Shown here: one piece after another, positions 1-10,914 of the stretch
Layout of the letters: each line of letters begins with the position of its first letter
How positions within the stretch are numbered: position 1 is the first letter of the stretch
Assembly (NCBI GenBank): GCA_965267575.1
Contig: OZ254086.1
Span: forward strand, 3,936,001-4,000,000
Length of the DNA: 64,000 nt
Origin: Calditrichales bacterium
GTDB taxonomy: Bacteria > Calditrichota > Calditrichia > Calditrichales > J004
Reading direction: 5' to 3'
The notes under the pieces: generated by a model
What the model saw: only the letters and a program-made list of their open reading frames with translations
Databases searched by the model: none
Told to the model about the DNA's origin: nothing
Made by a program: the position numbers and the translations under genes

Positions 1-93
1 TACCTGGGACTGTACAAATCCGAACTTCTGCGCTAATGCCGGTATCGCAATAAAAAGCACAAGGGCTACCGTGATTAGTTTGTAATATTTCAC
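1..93 (-). CDS. OmpH/Skp-family periplasmic chaperone, N-terminal fragment (runs off window edge)
   Basis: GTG at 93 preceded by AAGGAGG. Translates MKYYKLITVALVLFIAIPALAQKFGFVQSQV, a signal peptide followed by the Skp-like KxGxV start. Lies directly downstream of bamA. Confidence 0.7.
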   Translation of the reverse strand, partial: MKYYKLITVALVLFIAIPALAQKFGFVQSQV

Positions 94-148
94 GAATCCT
101 CCTTCAGTAGAGTGTAAAAATTAACAAGCTTTTAATTTATGGTAATAG

Positions 149-2473
149 TTAAAATCTTCCAAATTGAAAGTGCACCTTCCACTTGCCCTGACGATTGCCA
201 AATTCATCATAGTAATCGAAGCCGTAACCAAAGTCTATCCCGATGATACCGACAAGCGGCATAAACAGCCGGACACCCGCACCAACACTGCGCCGGAGAT
301 CAAACGGGTTTGTCTCGCTGATCTCGCGCCAGGCGTTACCACCCTCTGCAAACAGCAACCCGAAGATGGTCGGGTTTGGTGCAATCGGAAAACGCAGTTC
401 AAGGGTTGTTTTGGCCATCGCCTTACCGCCCAATGGCCGGCCGCTGGTCGTTAATGGCCCCACCTGGCCGTCATCATAACCACGCAGACCCTCGGCAAAA
501 CTGAGGCCGCTGCCGCCCAGGTAGAAGTATTCACCAAAAAGAATGAAAGAGTTTTCCTTCAACTGGTTGATTATACCGTATTTATTCTGGCTGTAAAGCA
601 CAAGATTAAATGGCAACGGTATAAACCACTCCGAGGTAAAAACACTCTTAAAAAAGTGCTGGTCACCGCCCAAAGGTCCGCCGGACAACTCGTTGAGCAA
701 GGAATGCGTTGAACCGCGTGTGGGAAATTCCGGATTGTTACGGCTGTCCCGCGCGATTATCTGCGTAAGGCTCAACTGCTGCGTACGGCCCTGGTTGCGA
801 TAAATGCTGTAAAGATCGGACAGGGTCTGGTCACCGATATTGGTGATAGACGTTTCCGAATAACGGAAAATCCAGTCTCCGCGGAAGTAGTTATCGGGCC
901 AGCGGAAACGGCGACCCAGCCTTAATGTACCGCCACGGTCGCGCCGCGTCCAGGGATAAAAGCCGCCGCCACTGCGCGTGTTAAAAACGGAGAAACCTCC
1001 CAGGGTCGGGGTGTCGAACAGCCAGGGCTCGGTAAAACTCAGCGATATAGAGCGATAGATCCGGCCAAACTGCCAGTCAAATACAAGGCGCTGACCGCCA
1101 CCGGAAAACGGCGGTGTGATCGAAAAATTATTGAAAGTGAGTCCGATGCTGCCGATCAGGCCGTCACGCTGGCTGAAACCGGCGGACATATTGGCCATAT
1201 CGGTGGATTTCTCTTCCACGCCCCACAGCAGGTTAACATGCTTGTTATCGCCGGGGATCAATCTGACGTCCGGTACAACATTGGAAAAGTAGTTGAGAAT
1301 CATAAGGTCGCGCTGGGATCTCTCCAGCTTGGCGCTGTTGAAGACATCGCCGGGGTGCAGCTTCAGTTCCCTGCGGATCACTTTTTCCTGGGTTTTTGTA
1401 TTTCCGGAAATGATTACTTCTTTGATACGAACAACATTGCCTTCCGATACGGTAAAATTCACGTTGAGCGTATCGTTGTTTACCGGCCTCTCCTGCGGCA
1501 CAATGCTGGCGAAGAGGTAGCCCTGGTTGTAATACATTTTTTGCAGGCGATCGCGGATACCCTCGTCATACTTTTTCTGATCGTAGACGTCGCCCCTTTT
1601 TATGTCCAGAGCAAACAGGAGTTCTTCATCGGTGAATATTTCGTTGCCTTCAAAGGCTATATCGCCAAAATAGTATTTATTGCCTTCGTACACCCATATA
1701 TCGATGTACAGGTCGCGCTTGTCCTGGCTGTAATGAAGTGAATCACGCAGCACTTCCGCGTCGCGGTAACCGTTTTCTTTATAATATTGCACGATCCGCT
1801 GTTTGTCTTCTTCGAACTTTTTTGGATCAAAATCGGCGCTTCTCCACCAGCGGTCTTCCTTGATGTCCTCCATGGCATCGCGCAAATCATCATCATCAAT
1901 CGCTTCATTATCATGAAAAGTGATCGTTTCTACCTGTACCTCTTCACCTTCGTTGATGTTAACGTTCAGGTTGACGCGGTCTTTTTGCGGCGAAGCGCTG
2001 GTATCCATTTTCACGCTGGCCAGCAAGTAGCCTTCATCATGGTATTTTTTTAGCAGCCGTTGGCGCATTTGGGAAATTTTGTAGGGTGTTATTACCATGC
2101 CGCGGTAGGTCTGAAGCTCATCTTCCACTTCACTTTTGGAAAGTTCGTCGTTGCCCCTTATGGAAACTACGTTTAGGCGGGAATACTCTTTTACACGGAT
2201 CAGAACATCGAGCCCGTTAATACTCTGATTAGCCACAAAGACCTGTACATCTTCAAAGATTCGCAACGCCCAGAGATTATGTATGGCGTCCTGGATATCT
2301 TCACCGGTGATCTCCTGGCCGGCACTCAACCCGGAATTAAGCCGGATAGAGCTGGCGTCGGAACTGCTGTTGCCTTCAACGGCGATCGAATTAATTACCA
2401 GTTTTTGTACCTGCGCGGTCAACGGCAGGGTCATTATCAAAACACAAAATAGCGCTTTCCAGAAATTGCGCAC
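149..2473 (-). CDS. bamA: Outer membrane protein assembly factor BamA
   Basis: Signal peptide, repeated POTRA-like segments (GN..TQEKVIRREL), LRGY motif and C-terminal FQFGRF beta-signal. Confidence 0.93.
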   Translation of the reverse strand: MRNFWKALFCVLIMTLPLTAQVQKLVINSIAVEGNSSSDASSIRLNSGLSAGQEITGEDIQDAIHNLWALRIFEDVQVFVANQSINGLDVLIRVKEYSRLNVVSIRGNDELSKSEVEDELQTYRGMVITPYKISQMRQRLLKKYHDEGYLLASVKMDTSASPQKDRVNLNVNINEGEEVQVETITFHDNEAIDDDDLRDAMEDIKEDRWWRSADFDPKKFEEDKQRIVQYYKENGYRDAEVLRDSLHYSQDKRDLYIDIWVYEGNKYYFGDIAFEGNEIFTDEELLFALDIKRGDVYDQKKYDEGIRDRLQKMYYNQGYLFASIVPQERPVNNDTLNVNFTVSEGNVVRIKEVIISGNTKTQEKVIRRELKLHPGDVFNSAKLERSQRDLMILNYFSNVVPDVRLIPGDNKHVNLLWGVEEKSTDMANMSAGFSQRDGLIGSIGLTFNNFSITPPFSGGGQRLVFDWQFGRIYRSISLSFTEPWLFDTPTLGGFSVFNTRSGGGFYPWTRRDRGGTLRLGRRFRWPDNYFRGDWIFRYSETSITNIGDQTLSDLYSIYRNQGRTQQLSLTQIIARDSRNNPEFPTRGSTHSLLNELSGGPLGGDQHFFKSVFTSEWFIPLPFNLVLYSQNKYGIINQLKENSFILFGEYFYLGGSGLSFAEGLRGYDDGQVGPLTTSGRPLGGKAMAKTTLELRFPIAPNPTIFGLLFAEGGNAWREISETNPFDLRRSVGAGVRLFMPLVGIIGIDFGYGFDYYDEFGNRQGKWKVHFQFGRF

Positions 2474-2488
2474 CAGATTGCCTCCTTG

Positions 2489-5400
2489 TTAGAATGAAAA
2501 AGAATGTCTCAATCGAACCTTAAAATCTTCCCAATATTGTCTTTCATTCAGGTAGTTGTAATAGCCCATAAACTCCCTGTCATATTCAAACTCGAGCAAA
2601 ATGTTTCGGAAGAACCGGTATTCCAGCCCAAAAGAGTGGTTAAAATCAAAACCCGTTTCCGTGTCCTCATAAATAGATACGAGCTGCCCCGTGTAAGTCA
2701 GATAGATATCCTGTGTAAGGTATTTCCCAACGGTGACTTCGGAACTGGACATCAGGAAAAGGTACGGTACATCCGAATTTAGCAGCGGATTATAGACAGA
2801 CGGCGCGCCTATCGCTTCGTTTTGCCGGCTAAGGCTGCTTACAAAAAGATTGCGCGCGATGCTGGAATTGAAGCGTATCAGGTCCATGCCCAATCCCCGC
2901 TCAAGCGCCCTTTCCAATGGCCGCAATAACGGCCGTATCAGATAGCGTTCCGTGAGCGCTCCGCCTACGTTGGTAGCCTTTTCTTTGATGTTTTCCACAG
3001 AATAACCCAAATACCCGAGCACCTGCTCCTGTGTCTCTCCGATGGTGGGGTCCGCCGAAACAAGCTTAAATTTAAAGTCCTCCCAATTGCCGGAAGGTCT
3101 TTCTTCGCCCGTTTCGGGGTCGATGGCGTAAAGCTCCAGGTAAATGGTTTTGGGTACGGCGCCCACGCTGTCACGGATGGATGTCCAGGCACGGCCCGAG
3201 ACTTCCGGATAGGAACGGTTGCGCAGAAAATCAATACTGAAACGGTCTACTTTAAAATTCTGATCCAGGTATTCAAGACGCCCCCTCGTTGACACCAGAC
3301 CACCCTGCGGAGTAAACGTATTTTCGTCGATGATGCCGCGAAATGTCAGCCCCTCGCTGGCGTCGTCAACACTCAGTTCTGCCTGAACGTTATCTATATA
3401 AGCAGGAATGTCGCGCACGTAGGTAACGTCCTCGCCGGCTTTAACAAGCACATCCCAATCCATGTTACTCAAAAACTGAACCGCCGGAGATGGTTTATCG
3501 CCCGGTTTTCCGGTGGTGATAAAGGGGTAGGTCAATTGGGCATCGTTTAGCGTTAAGCGGCCATACGCCAAAGGGTGTTTGATTGGCCCGGCGAAGTAAA
3601 ATTTTTCATTTTCCGCTTTTCCGGAAAGATGCAGCTGGCCGCCGCGCTCCTCTGTCATAAGGCCGGGGATAAAAAGCCGGACACCGTCGCCGCTTGTTTC
3701 CATGGCCAGAATACCAAAATCAATATCCACCCCCTTAAAGTGCCACGGCTCGAGTTTGCGTCCCGAAGCCGTCGTCAGATCACGGACCGTATTTATGACC
3801 AAAACATTGTCGTCCACCTGGGCCGTAAGATTGTTGATGTCTACCTGGTTGCTGCCCTCCTTCAGAGTAATATGCCCGGCAATGTTTGTAATATGCGGGG
3901 CCACGTCGCGCAGCCACAGTTCGCCGCGCTCCAGCTTAACATCAGCGGCACTCAGCCGGATATCATCGGTCGTGCCCTTGAACTGCAAGCTTATTTCGGA
4001 AAGTGACGCTCCATCACGGAAAAACGGCTCCCAGTGATTGAGCATACCCAGAATGTCGCCGTCAAAATTTACAGCAAGGTCGATTTCATCACTGGTATTC
4101 AGGGGAAAAGAACCGGCCGCCTGTAAATGGTAGCGGCCCTGCTCCATCATGAAGAAGTTCTGTACGATAACCCGGTGATCTTCAAAATCGGTAAAACTGC
4201 CATCGCGACGGATTTCATCATTAAGGGTAATTTGAAGGTTATCAAAAGCGATCCCATCCAGTTCACCGTCCGCTAATTCGGCGGAAAGCTCAAAATAGGG
4301 TCGGTCGGTTTCGCCCTTAAGCCGCGCGTTAAAGCTGGCGGAGCCGGTGACGATTGCCGTATCGATACCCAGTGTTTTTTGCACGGATGCGGCATCCAGG
4401 TCGCGCCCGGCCAGCGCACCGTCAATCTGGCTATTCAGAAAAGACCAGCTGAAATTGCCATCGACTATAGGCTGGTTGTTTCGGAACAGAACAATCGAAT
4501 CTGCCACAAAACGCGTGTGGTCTGCATGGAAATCAACCAGGGGTTGATAGTAGCCCACATCATTAAAAACGAAACGGTCCCCCTGAAGGCGGCCTTTTAC
4601 CAAAGGCTTGTCCAGCGTACCGGTGATATCAATTTTACCATTCAGTTCAGCCTGATAGCGGTAATCGCTGTTGTCATAATGCGAACTCAGCGCGGAATAA
4701 AGCCGCAAGGCATTGAAATTCAGCCTGCCCTGCAGTTGTTCGGTTTTGTTGATATCAAGAAAAAACTCACCGTCTAGCTGATTTCCGAAATTAAAATAGC
4801 TCCCCAAAAATCCGGGGCTTATGTCGGCTTCAAAATCTCCCTTCAAATTGGCAAGGCGTATGCTGCCGTTAATTTTCTTGACCTCTCCAAGCAGGTCCTT
4901 GATAGAGGTGTGCAGGGTAAAGATCGTGTCCGCCTCCGATTTGCGGCCGATAATGACATCACCGGTAAGATCGTTGAGCGTACCGGAGAGCGCTGCCGAC
5001 GTGTTTATGGAAGAAAAAATATCATTTAGCAGTGGCTGCGAAGTAAAAATCTGAAACGGAAAATTGCGGATCTCCGCATTACGGATATTAGGCCTGCCGA
5101 GATAGTCGGCAATGCTTAGCCGGCCTTCCAGACCATCTATATTGCTTTTGTCCAGGTTAACGGACAATTCAACGTTGTCCCCGCTGATGGAGCCGCTCAT
5201 GTCCAGCAGTGTATCCAGACCGGTCAGGGAATAATTCCACGATCCCCTGCTTAATCCTTTTTCAAGGTCAAGTGTCAGGTCCAAGCGCACGTCGTTTATC
5301 GCGTAATTGATGCGGTCCAGCAGCTCGTGCGTATCGGTTTGATAAAGCGTGTTCAGGGCAATATTAAGTCTGCTTTTTTCAAAATCATAAAAGGCTTTGC

Positions 5401-6622
5401 CGCCGATCTCAATCTGATATTGCGCCAAGCTGAGGGTATCCAGCTTTATGCCCTTCTTATCCATAACGGCATGAGCCCGGAATTCGCTGAATTCTTGCTT
5501 GTAAAGGGAAAAACTTTCAGAGAACAATTCGGATTTCAGAACAAAATCGTCCGGAGATAGCGCATAGCTCATATCCAAATCGACGGTGCTGCCATTAAAC
5601 AACTCCACACTCATAAAGCGCGAAAGAGAGCTCACCGCAAAACCGTTCATGCTAATACGGCCTTTAGCTTGAGGTCGAAATACATCTTCCACCATAGCAG
5701 ACAGCCTGAACGGCGTGTTGTGATAGCGACCGGTGGCGGAGTCTATTCTAATCGACTTATCCGCGAATATGATCGTACTGGAAAGCGAGTCAATCGTTTC
5801 GCCTTCAACGCTGAAGCGGGCATTTTCAATCTCCAGTTTACCGTCCAGTTTAAGTGAATCCAGCCTGGAGAGGCTCCCGGCGATCTTGAGATATCCGTTT
5901 GAGGAGCCGCCATCTATGATGACTTCGCGCGTAAGGTGCGGCAACAAGGAATGCTTGAAATCGTAATCTATTATCTGTGTAAGGGCGGCATAAGTTTGTT
6001 GCTGCCTGTTAAGATCAACCTGCAGTTCGAAGTTGGGATCTTCCGTGGAGAATACGTTTCCCGCCACATTGATGATATAATTCTCATCCTGCTTCAAAAG
6101 TTTACCGTTAAGGTTTTGGGCCAGCGCGATAAAATTACCGTCGCGTCTTTCAAAGATAATTTTACCCTCAACAATACGCAGGTGGCGGATGTCAGGCAGG
6201 CGGGTCAGGCTCTCAATTATATCATTACGGCGCACTTCGGGAATCAGCGTATCCGGCTTGTGCGCTTTGTTAAGAAAAATTAATCGGGGCCGGCTGATTA
6301 CAATCTCCTCAATGGCGCTTTGTGGCTTAAAAGAGGATTTTACAAAGGAGAGCAAATTAAAATCGAAGCGTATATTTTCTATCAGCAGCTCGGTCTGCTC
6401 ACCGCCACTAACGTAGGACACATCCTCTATATTTAAAGTGCCCAACCCAATATGCACATGGCGCAGGTCCAGTTGCTGCCCGTCGTCATTGAAAATCTGC
6501 TTGAGCAGATAATCCTTGGCGGGTTCTTCCAAACCGCTTACACGTAAAATAAAGGGTGTGGATACAAGCAAAAGGCTAAACAGACTTACCAGTATGCTTG
6601 CTCTGATAAAAAATTTTTTCAT
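2489..6622 (-). CDS. TamB/AsmA-like large periplasmic beta-taco protein
   Basis: 1377 aa with an N-terminal membrane anchor, long beta-rich repeats and a DUF490-like C-terminus ending in F. Immediately upstream of bamA. Confidence 0.65.
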   Translation of the reverse strand: MKKFFIRASILVSLFSLLLVSTPFILRVSGLEEPAKDYLLKQIFNDDGQQLDLRHVHIGLGTLNIEDVSYVSGGEQTELLIENIRFDFNLLSFVKSSFKPQSAIEEIVISRPRLIFLNKAHKPDTLIPEVRRNDIIESLTRLPDIRHLRIVEGKIIFERRDGNFIALAQNLNGKLLKQDENYIINVAGNVFSTEDPNFELQVDLNRQQQTYAALTQIIDYDFKHSLLPHLTREVIIDGGSSNGYLKIAGSLSRLDSLKLDGKLEIENARFSVEGETIDSLSSTIIFADKSIRIDSATGRYHNTPFRLSAMVEDVFRPQAKGRISMNGFAVSSLSRFMSVELFNGSTVDLDMSYALSPDDFVLKSELFSESFSLYKQEFSEFRAHAVMDKKGIKLDTLSLAQYQIEIGGKAFYDFEKSRLNIALNTLYQTDTHELLDRINYAINDVRLDLTLDLEKGLSRGSWNYSLTGLDTLLDMSGSISGDNVELSVNLDKSNIDGLEGRLSIADYLGRPNIRNAEIRNFPFQIFTSQPLLNDIFSSINTSAALSGTLNDLTGDVIIGRKSEADTIFTLHTSIKDLLGEVKKINGSIRLANLKGDFEADISPGFLGSYFNFGNQLDGEFFLDINKTEQLQGRLNFNALRLYSALSSHYDNSDYRYQAELNGKIDITGTLDKPLVKGRLQGDRFVFNDVGYYQPLVDFHADHTRFVADSIVLFRNNQPIVDGNFSWSFLNSQIDGALAGRDLDAASVQKTLGIDTAIVTGSASFNARLKGETDRPYFELSAELADGELDGIAFDNLQITLNDEIRRDGSFTDFEDHRVIVQNFFMMEQGRYHLQAAGSFPLNTSDEIDLAVNFDGDILGMLNHWEPFFRDGASLSEISLQFKGTTDDIRLSAADVKLERGELWLRDVAPHITNIAGHITLKEGSNQVDINNLTAQVDDNVLVINTVRDLTTASGRKLEPWHFKGVDIDFGILAMETSGDGVRLFIPGLMTEERGGQLHLSGKAENEKFYFAGPIKHPLAYGRLTLNDAQLTYPFITTGKPGDKPSPAVQFLSNMDWDVLVKAGEDVTYVRDIPAYIDNVQAELSVDDASEGLTFRGIIDENTFTPQGGLVSTRGRLEYLDQNFKVDRFSIDFLRNRSYPEVSGRAWTSIRDSVGAVPKTIYLELYAIDPETGEERPSGNWEDFKFKLVSADPTIGETQEQVLGYLGYSVENIKEKATNVGGALTERYLIRPLLRPLERALERGLGMDLIRFNSSIARNLFVSSLSRQNEAIGAPSVYNPLLNSDVPYLFLMSSSEVTVGKYLTQDIYLTYTGQLVSIYEDTETGFDFNHSFGLEYRFFRNILLEFEYDREFMGYYNYLNERQYWEDFKVRLRHSFSF

Positions 6623-6749
6623 TAAAATCGATTTTTAATAAATAAGGTCGTTTTTGGTACTCAAACAGCACCGTCGTTGTTCCTGAAAAGCTTTGAAAGT
6701 TAAGGAAATAGAAGGAAAAATTCCACCACCAAGCGGTTATTTTGAGGAA

Positions 6750-6788
6750 AGGAAAAGCCCGGCGAATACGGTCGGCGTCCCGGGCTTT
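6750..6788 (-). terminator. Probable intrinsic terminator after the Fe-S oxidoreductase gene
   Basis: Inverted repeat AAAGCCCGG (6754-6762) / CCGGGCTTT (6780-6788), followed by a T-rich tract on the minus strand. Confidence 0.6.
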
Positions 6789-6797
6789 AAAATGCGT

Positions 6798-8807
6798 CTA
6801 TTTAATTTTATCAGCGACTATTTCAGCTATATCTCTCACGGCCACTTTCGATTCAAGTTCGGTGCCCGCATCCGTCAGCATAATCATACAAAAGGGACAC
6901 CCTGTTCCAAGCACTTCGGCGCCGGTTTTTTCGGCTTCCCGGAAGCGGTTTCGGCGCACGGCATCATTACCTTCTTCTTCTTCTTTCCACATCTGAGCGC
7001 CGCCCGCACCGCAGCAGAAACTGCGGTTGCGGTTACGGGGCATTTCGCTGAGCGTGCTGCCGCTTTTTTGAAGCCCTGCGCGTGGCGCATCGTAGACGTT
7101 GTTGTGGCGTCCCAGATAGCAGGGGTCGTGAAAAGTAACTTTGCTGCCGTTTTCTTCATTAAGCTGCAAAGCGCCGCTTTCGATAAGCTCGTTAATAAAC
7201 TCGCTGTGGTGCACCACTTCCAGGTTGACACCAAACTGGCTGTATTCGTTTTTAAGTGTGTGCAGGCAGTGCGGACACGTCGCCACAATGCGCTTTGGCT
7301 TCACCTCATTTAATGTTTCCGCGTTGCCTTCGGCCATCATGGTAAACAGATATTCATTGCCGGAACGGCGCGCGCTGTCTCCGGTACAGCTCTCTTTATT
7401 GCCAAGAACAGCAAAGTTGACATTGGCCTTGTTCAAAATTTTTGTAAAGGCCCGTGCAATACGCTGACCCTTTTGCTCAAAAGCGCCGGCGCAGCCCACC
7501 CAGTACAATACATCAAAATCAGGGTTTTCATCGACTGTTTTGACGCTGATCTCCGGATCGTCCTTCACCCACTTCAGGCGGTCTTCGTTGATGTTCCATG
7601 GATTCTGGTTACGCTCCATGCCATTAAAGGCGCCCTGCAGCTGCTTGGGAAAATCCGATTCCATCAGCACTTTATCACGGCGTATGTTAAGGATATCGTA
7701 CATCGGTTCGTTGCCCACCGGACAAATTTCAACACAGGCAGCGCAACTTGTACAAGCCCAGATGGCGGAATCGCTGATGGCGTATTCGGCTAGGCTTCCG
7801 CCCACCTCTTCTCCGGCCGCAAGCTTTGCACCATTCTCATTGAGAAAGATTCTTTTGTTAACTTCCAGCGCCGCCGGGCTGAGCTCCTTGCCGGTTACAT
7901 ACGCGGGACAAACATCCTGGCACCGGTTGCACATGATGCAGGCGTAGGCGTCAAGGATATTTGTTTTATCAAGATGCTCCATCCTGGCAACACCGAATTG
8001 TTCAGCATCTTCCGCTTCAAAATCCAGGCGCTCCATTGTGCCGGGCGCGCTACGCTGTGGCCGCGTCATATAATTGACCGGGCCCATAAAAAGGTGGGCA
8101 TGCTTGCTGTACGGGAAATAGGGCATAAACGCAAAGATCAGACCCAGCGCCATCCACCAGGAAACATGTATCATGAGGTCAATACTTGCCGCGTCAAGCC
8201 CGCCCCAAACCAGGGAAACGGCAGAGGCAAGCGGCTGCCAGGCGTCACTGCCCCGCGAGGCAATCGTAAAGCTTTCTCCCAAAAAGCGGAAGCCCACATG
8301 CAAAATTATAAAAAGGCCGACGATCAGCGAATCGTTGCGGATTTTTGAAGCAGCACCGGGGTGCAGTAAAACTTTGTCCGTAAAGGTTAGACGCGGACTG
8401 CCGGTAACGAAGCGGCGCACCATAAAAATCACCATGGCGCCGACGGCAAGGACGCTGAAAACATCTACAAAAAGGCGGTAAATATTGCCCACCACACCCT
8501 GGCCCAAAAAATGGAATCCCGCAATAAAACCGGTGAGGATATCGCCAAGGTTAACCAGAAAATAGAGAATAAACGCCCAGGCGATAAGTGCGTGGAAGAA
8601 GCTGAGCAGTGGCCTGTTGTTTAAAACCGTTTTTTGCGAAAAAAGTACGGAAAGGGCTTTACCAAGACGTGGTATCAGGGGCTTGAAGTGCAGTTTGCCC
8701 TGGCCCCTGTTGATCACTTTGGCCATAATATTGAAAGAACGGTAGGCCAAACCGAGAGACACTAGTGCAACGATTACAAAAATGACTTTTTCGGGCATGC
8801 TCAGCAT
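6798..8807 (-). CDS. Membrane-bound (Fe-S)-binding oxidoreductase, FadF/HdrD-like
   Basis: N-terminal TM helices, two CxxCxxCxxxCP motifs and two CCG-type domains (SCTGD, FCCGAGG, CPHC/CPFC). Confidence 0.85.
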   Translation of the reverse strand: MLSMPEKVIFVIVALVSLGLAYRSFNIMAKVINRGQGKLHFKPLIPRLGKALSVLFSQKTVLNNRPLLSFFHALIAWAFILYFLVNLGDILTGFIAGFHFLGQGVVGNIYRLFVDVFSVLAVGAMVIFMVRRFVTGSPRLTFTDKVLLHPGAASKIRNDSLIVGLFIILHVGFRFLGESFTIASRGSDAWQPLASAVSLVWGGLDAASIDLMIHVSWWMALGLIFAFMPYFPYSKHAHLFMGPVNYMTRPQRSAPGTMERLDFEAEDAEQFGVARMEHLDKTNILDAYACIMCNRCQDVCPAYVTGKELSPAALEVNKRIFLNENGAKLAAGEEVGGSLAEYAISDSAIWACTSCAACVEICPVGNEPMYDILNIRRDKVLMESDFPKQLQGAFNGMERNQNPWNINEDRLKWVKDDPEISVKTVDENPDFDVLYWVGCAGAFEQKGQRIARAFTKILNKANVNFAVLGNKESCTGDSARRSGNEYLFTMMAEGNAETLNEVKPKRIVATCPHCLHTLKNEYSQFGVNLEVVHHSEFINELIESGALQLNEENGSKVTFHDPCYLGRHNNVYDAPRAGLQKSGSTLSEMPRNRNRSFCCGAGGAQMWKEEEEGNDAVRRNRFREAEKTGAEVLGTGCPFCMIMLTDAGTELESKVAVRDIAEIVADKIK

Positions 8808-8883
8808 AAGTGCGAACCTCGCTTTTTAGGATGGCTAAAGCCCTAAGATATTCAATTAAAAAATCGGGTACAAAAGGAAGGCG

Positions 8884-10362
8884 TTATTTTTTGCCTTTTT
8901 TAATGAATTCGGCGATACCCGGCAAGGCAGCCGCGATCAGTCTGGGGCCGAAACCGGATGAACCCTTTTCCAGGTAAGGCATATTTTTAACATTATATGC
9001 CACACCGGCAATATCAAGATGAACCCAGGGCACGTTTTCAATAAAGGCCTGCAAAAATTTGGCCGCGGTTATGGCCCCGCCATAGCGTGAGCCGATATGC
9101 TTCAAATCAGCCACATCACTTTTCAGATCTTCAGCGTAGCTTTCAAACAACGGCATATGCCACACACGGTCTCCGGATTGTTCTCCGGCGTTGAAAAGGA
9201 TATCGGCCAAGGCGCCGTTGTTGCCAAACATGCCGGCCGTCTTGTCGCCTAAAGCAACGGCACAGGCGCCGGTCAGCGTGGCAAAATCAACAATACAGTC
9301 CGGTTTGTACTCTTTTTGGGCATAGGTCAGCGCATCAATCAGGATCATCCTTCCTTCGGCGTCTGTATTAATTACTTCCACGCTTTTGCCGGCCATGGAA
9401 CGGATAACATCACCCGGTTTGTATGCCTTTGAACCGGGCATATTTTCGACGGCCGGCACGATCCCGATGATTTCCAGTCCGGGCTTAAGGGCGGCCACAG
9501 CAGCCATGCTGCCGATTACCGCGGCCGCACCGGACATGTCAAACTTCATATCCTCCATGCCGGAAGAAGGTTTTATGCTGATCCCGCCCGAGTCGAATGT
9601 TACACCTTTGCCCACCAGACAGATTTTGCCCGCGGATTTTCCGGCGGGTTTATAGTGTATTTTCAGCAGATACGGTTTCTGCCGGCTGCCCCGCGCCACC
9701 GCCAGAAGCGCATTCATCTTAAGCTTTTTCAAAGCCTTTATATCCAGCCAGGAGACCCCGATGTTTTTGCTGTTCTTAAAAAACAGGTCAGCGCGTTTTA
9801 CCAGCAATTCCGGCGTTAATTCGTTGGATGGTTCATTAGCAAGGTCGCGGGTGAGATGGATGCCGCGGAAAATATTCTTTAAGCGCAACAGCCGGGTTTC
9901 CATTTCCCTGCTGTAGTCTCCGCTGATTTTAACGGCCGGCGGCTTGCTTTTATCTCCGCTCTTATAAAAATCAAAACTGTAAAGCCGGAAGGCGATGCCC
10001 TCACAAATAGCAAGAACATTTTCTTCCTGCAGATTGCTTAGCAGGTGCAGCCGTTTAATTTTCAGTTCATTTAAAGCGTTTACGATTGCTGCGCCGGCAT
10101 TGCGCAGGGCGTCTTTTTCCGCGGCTTCATCAGCGTGCAAAATTAAAATCCGCGGGATGGCATCCAGTCCACTGTAAAGCATGCGGGTCCTGCCAGTCTC
10201 GGGGAAATCTCCCAGGGCAAGAAACGCTCTAAGTGCCGCCGCAATTGAATCAGGCAGGCTGTTGGATAGAAGATTTTCCGCGTAGGCTCTGTTCCCGGCA
10301 ATAACCAGGCAATCGCTTTTTATGGTCGAAAGGTTTTTCTTCTCGATTTTAAAGTCTGCCAT
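8884..10362 (-). CDS. pepA: Leucyl aminopeptidase (M17)
   Basis: VGKGVTFDSGG, MKFDMSG and NTDAEGR motifs. Confidence 0.92.
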   Translation of the reverse strand: MADFKIEKKNLSTIKSDCLVIAGNRAYAENLLSNSLPDSIAAALRAFLALGDFPETGRTRMLYSGLDAIPRILILHADEAAEKDALRNAGAAIVNALNELKIKRLHLLSNLQEENVLAICEGIAFRLYSFDFYKSGDKSKPPAVKISGDYSREMETRLLRLKNIFRGIHLTRDLANEPSNELTPELLVKRADLFFKNSKNIGVSWLDIKALKKLKMNALLAVARGSRQKPYLLKIHYKPAGKSAGKICLVGKGVTFDSGGISIKPSSGMEDMKFDMSGAAAVIGSMAAVAALKPGLEIIGIVPAVENMPGSKAYKPGDVIRSMAGKSVEVINTDAEGRMILIDALTYAQKEYKPDCIVDFATLTGACAVALGDKTAGMFGNNGALADILFNAGEQSGDRVWHMPLFESYAEDLKSDVADLKHIGSRYGGAITAAKFLQAFIENVPWVHLDIAGVAYNVKNMPYLEKGSSGFGPRLIAAALPGIAEFIKKGKK

Positions 10363-10367
10363 ACGGC

Positions 10368-10865
10368 CTAGTAGTTTTCAGGTATCAGATTTTTTTCCAG
10401 CAAAAGCTGTCTTTTTAAAGGCGAAATATGATCTATAAACAATACGCCGTTTATGTGATCGATCTCGTGTTGCAGAACGCGCGCCATCCAGCCGTCAAAC
10501 TTTTCGTGCTGTGAACGGCCCTTCTCATCCTGGTACTTTACCTCAATACCTTCGGGTCTTACCACATCTTCCCGTACATCGGGAATGGAAAGACAGCCTT
10601 CTTCAACAACAGATTCACCCCAGCTATCGACGATCTCGGGGTTGATAAAGGCCCGTGGGATTTCATCCTCTTCAAGTGAGGAAATATCCACGACCAGGAG
10701 CCGCGATGATATTCCCACCTGAGGGGCGGCCAGACCAATACCTTCTTCATAATGCATTGTATCGATCATTTTTTTTACAGTATCCTGAAGCTTTTTATCA
10801 AAAGTCTCTATTTTATTTGTTTTTCGGCGCAAAACGGGGTCGCCGATATATCGCATCTTGTACAT
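10368..10865 (-). CDS. def: Peptide deformylase
   Basis: GIGLAAPQ, EGCLS and QHEIDH motifs. Confidence 0.95.
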   Translation of the reverse strand: MYKMRYIGDPVLRRKTNKIETFDKKLQDTVKKMIDTMHYEEGIGLAAPQVGISSRLLVVDISSLEEDEIPRAFINPEIVDSWGESVVEEGCLSIPDVREDVVRPEGIEVKYQDEKGRSQHEKFDGWMARVLQHEIDHINGVLFIDHISPLKRQLLLEKNLIPENY

Positions 10866-10881
10866 GTCTGACTAGTCTCAT

Positions 10882-10914
10882 AAAAAAACCTCAATAACCG
10901 CCGCTATTGAGGTT
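10882..10914 (-). terminator. Intrinsic terminator after iscA
   Basis: Perfect 10-bp inverted repeat AACCTCAATA (10887-10896) / TATTGAGGTT (10905-10914) ending in a T7 run on the minus strand. Confidence 0.75.
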
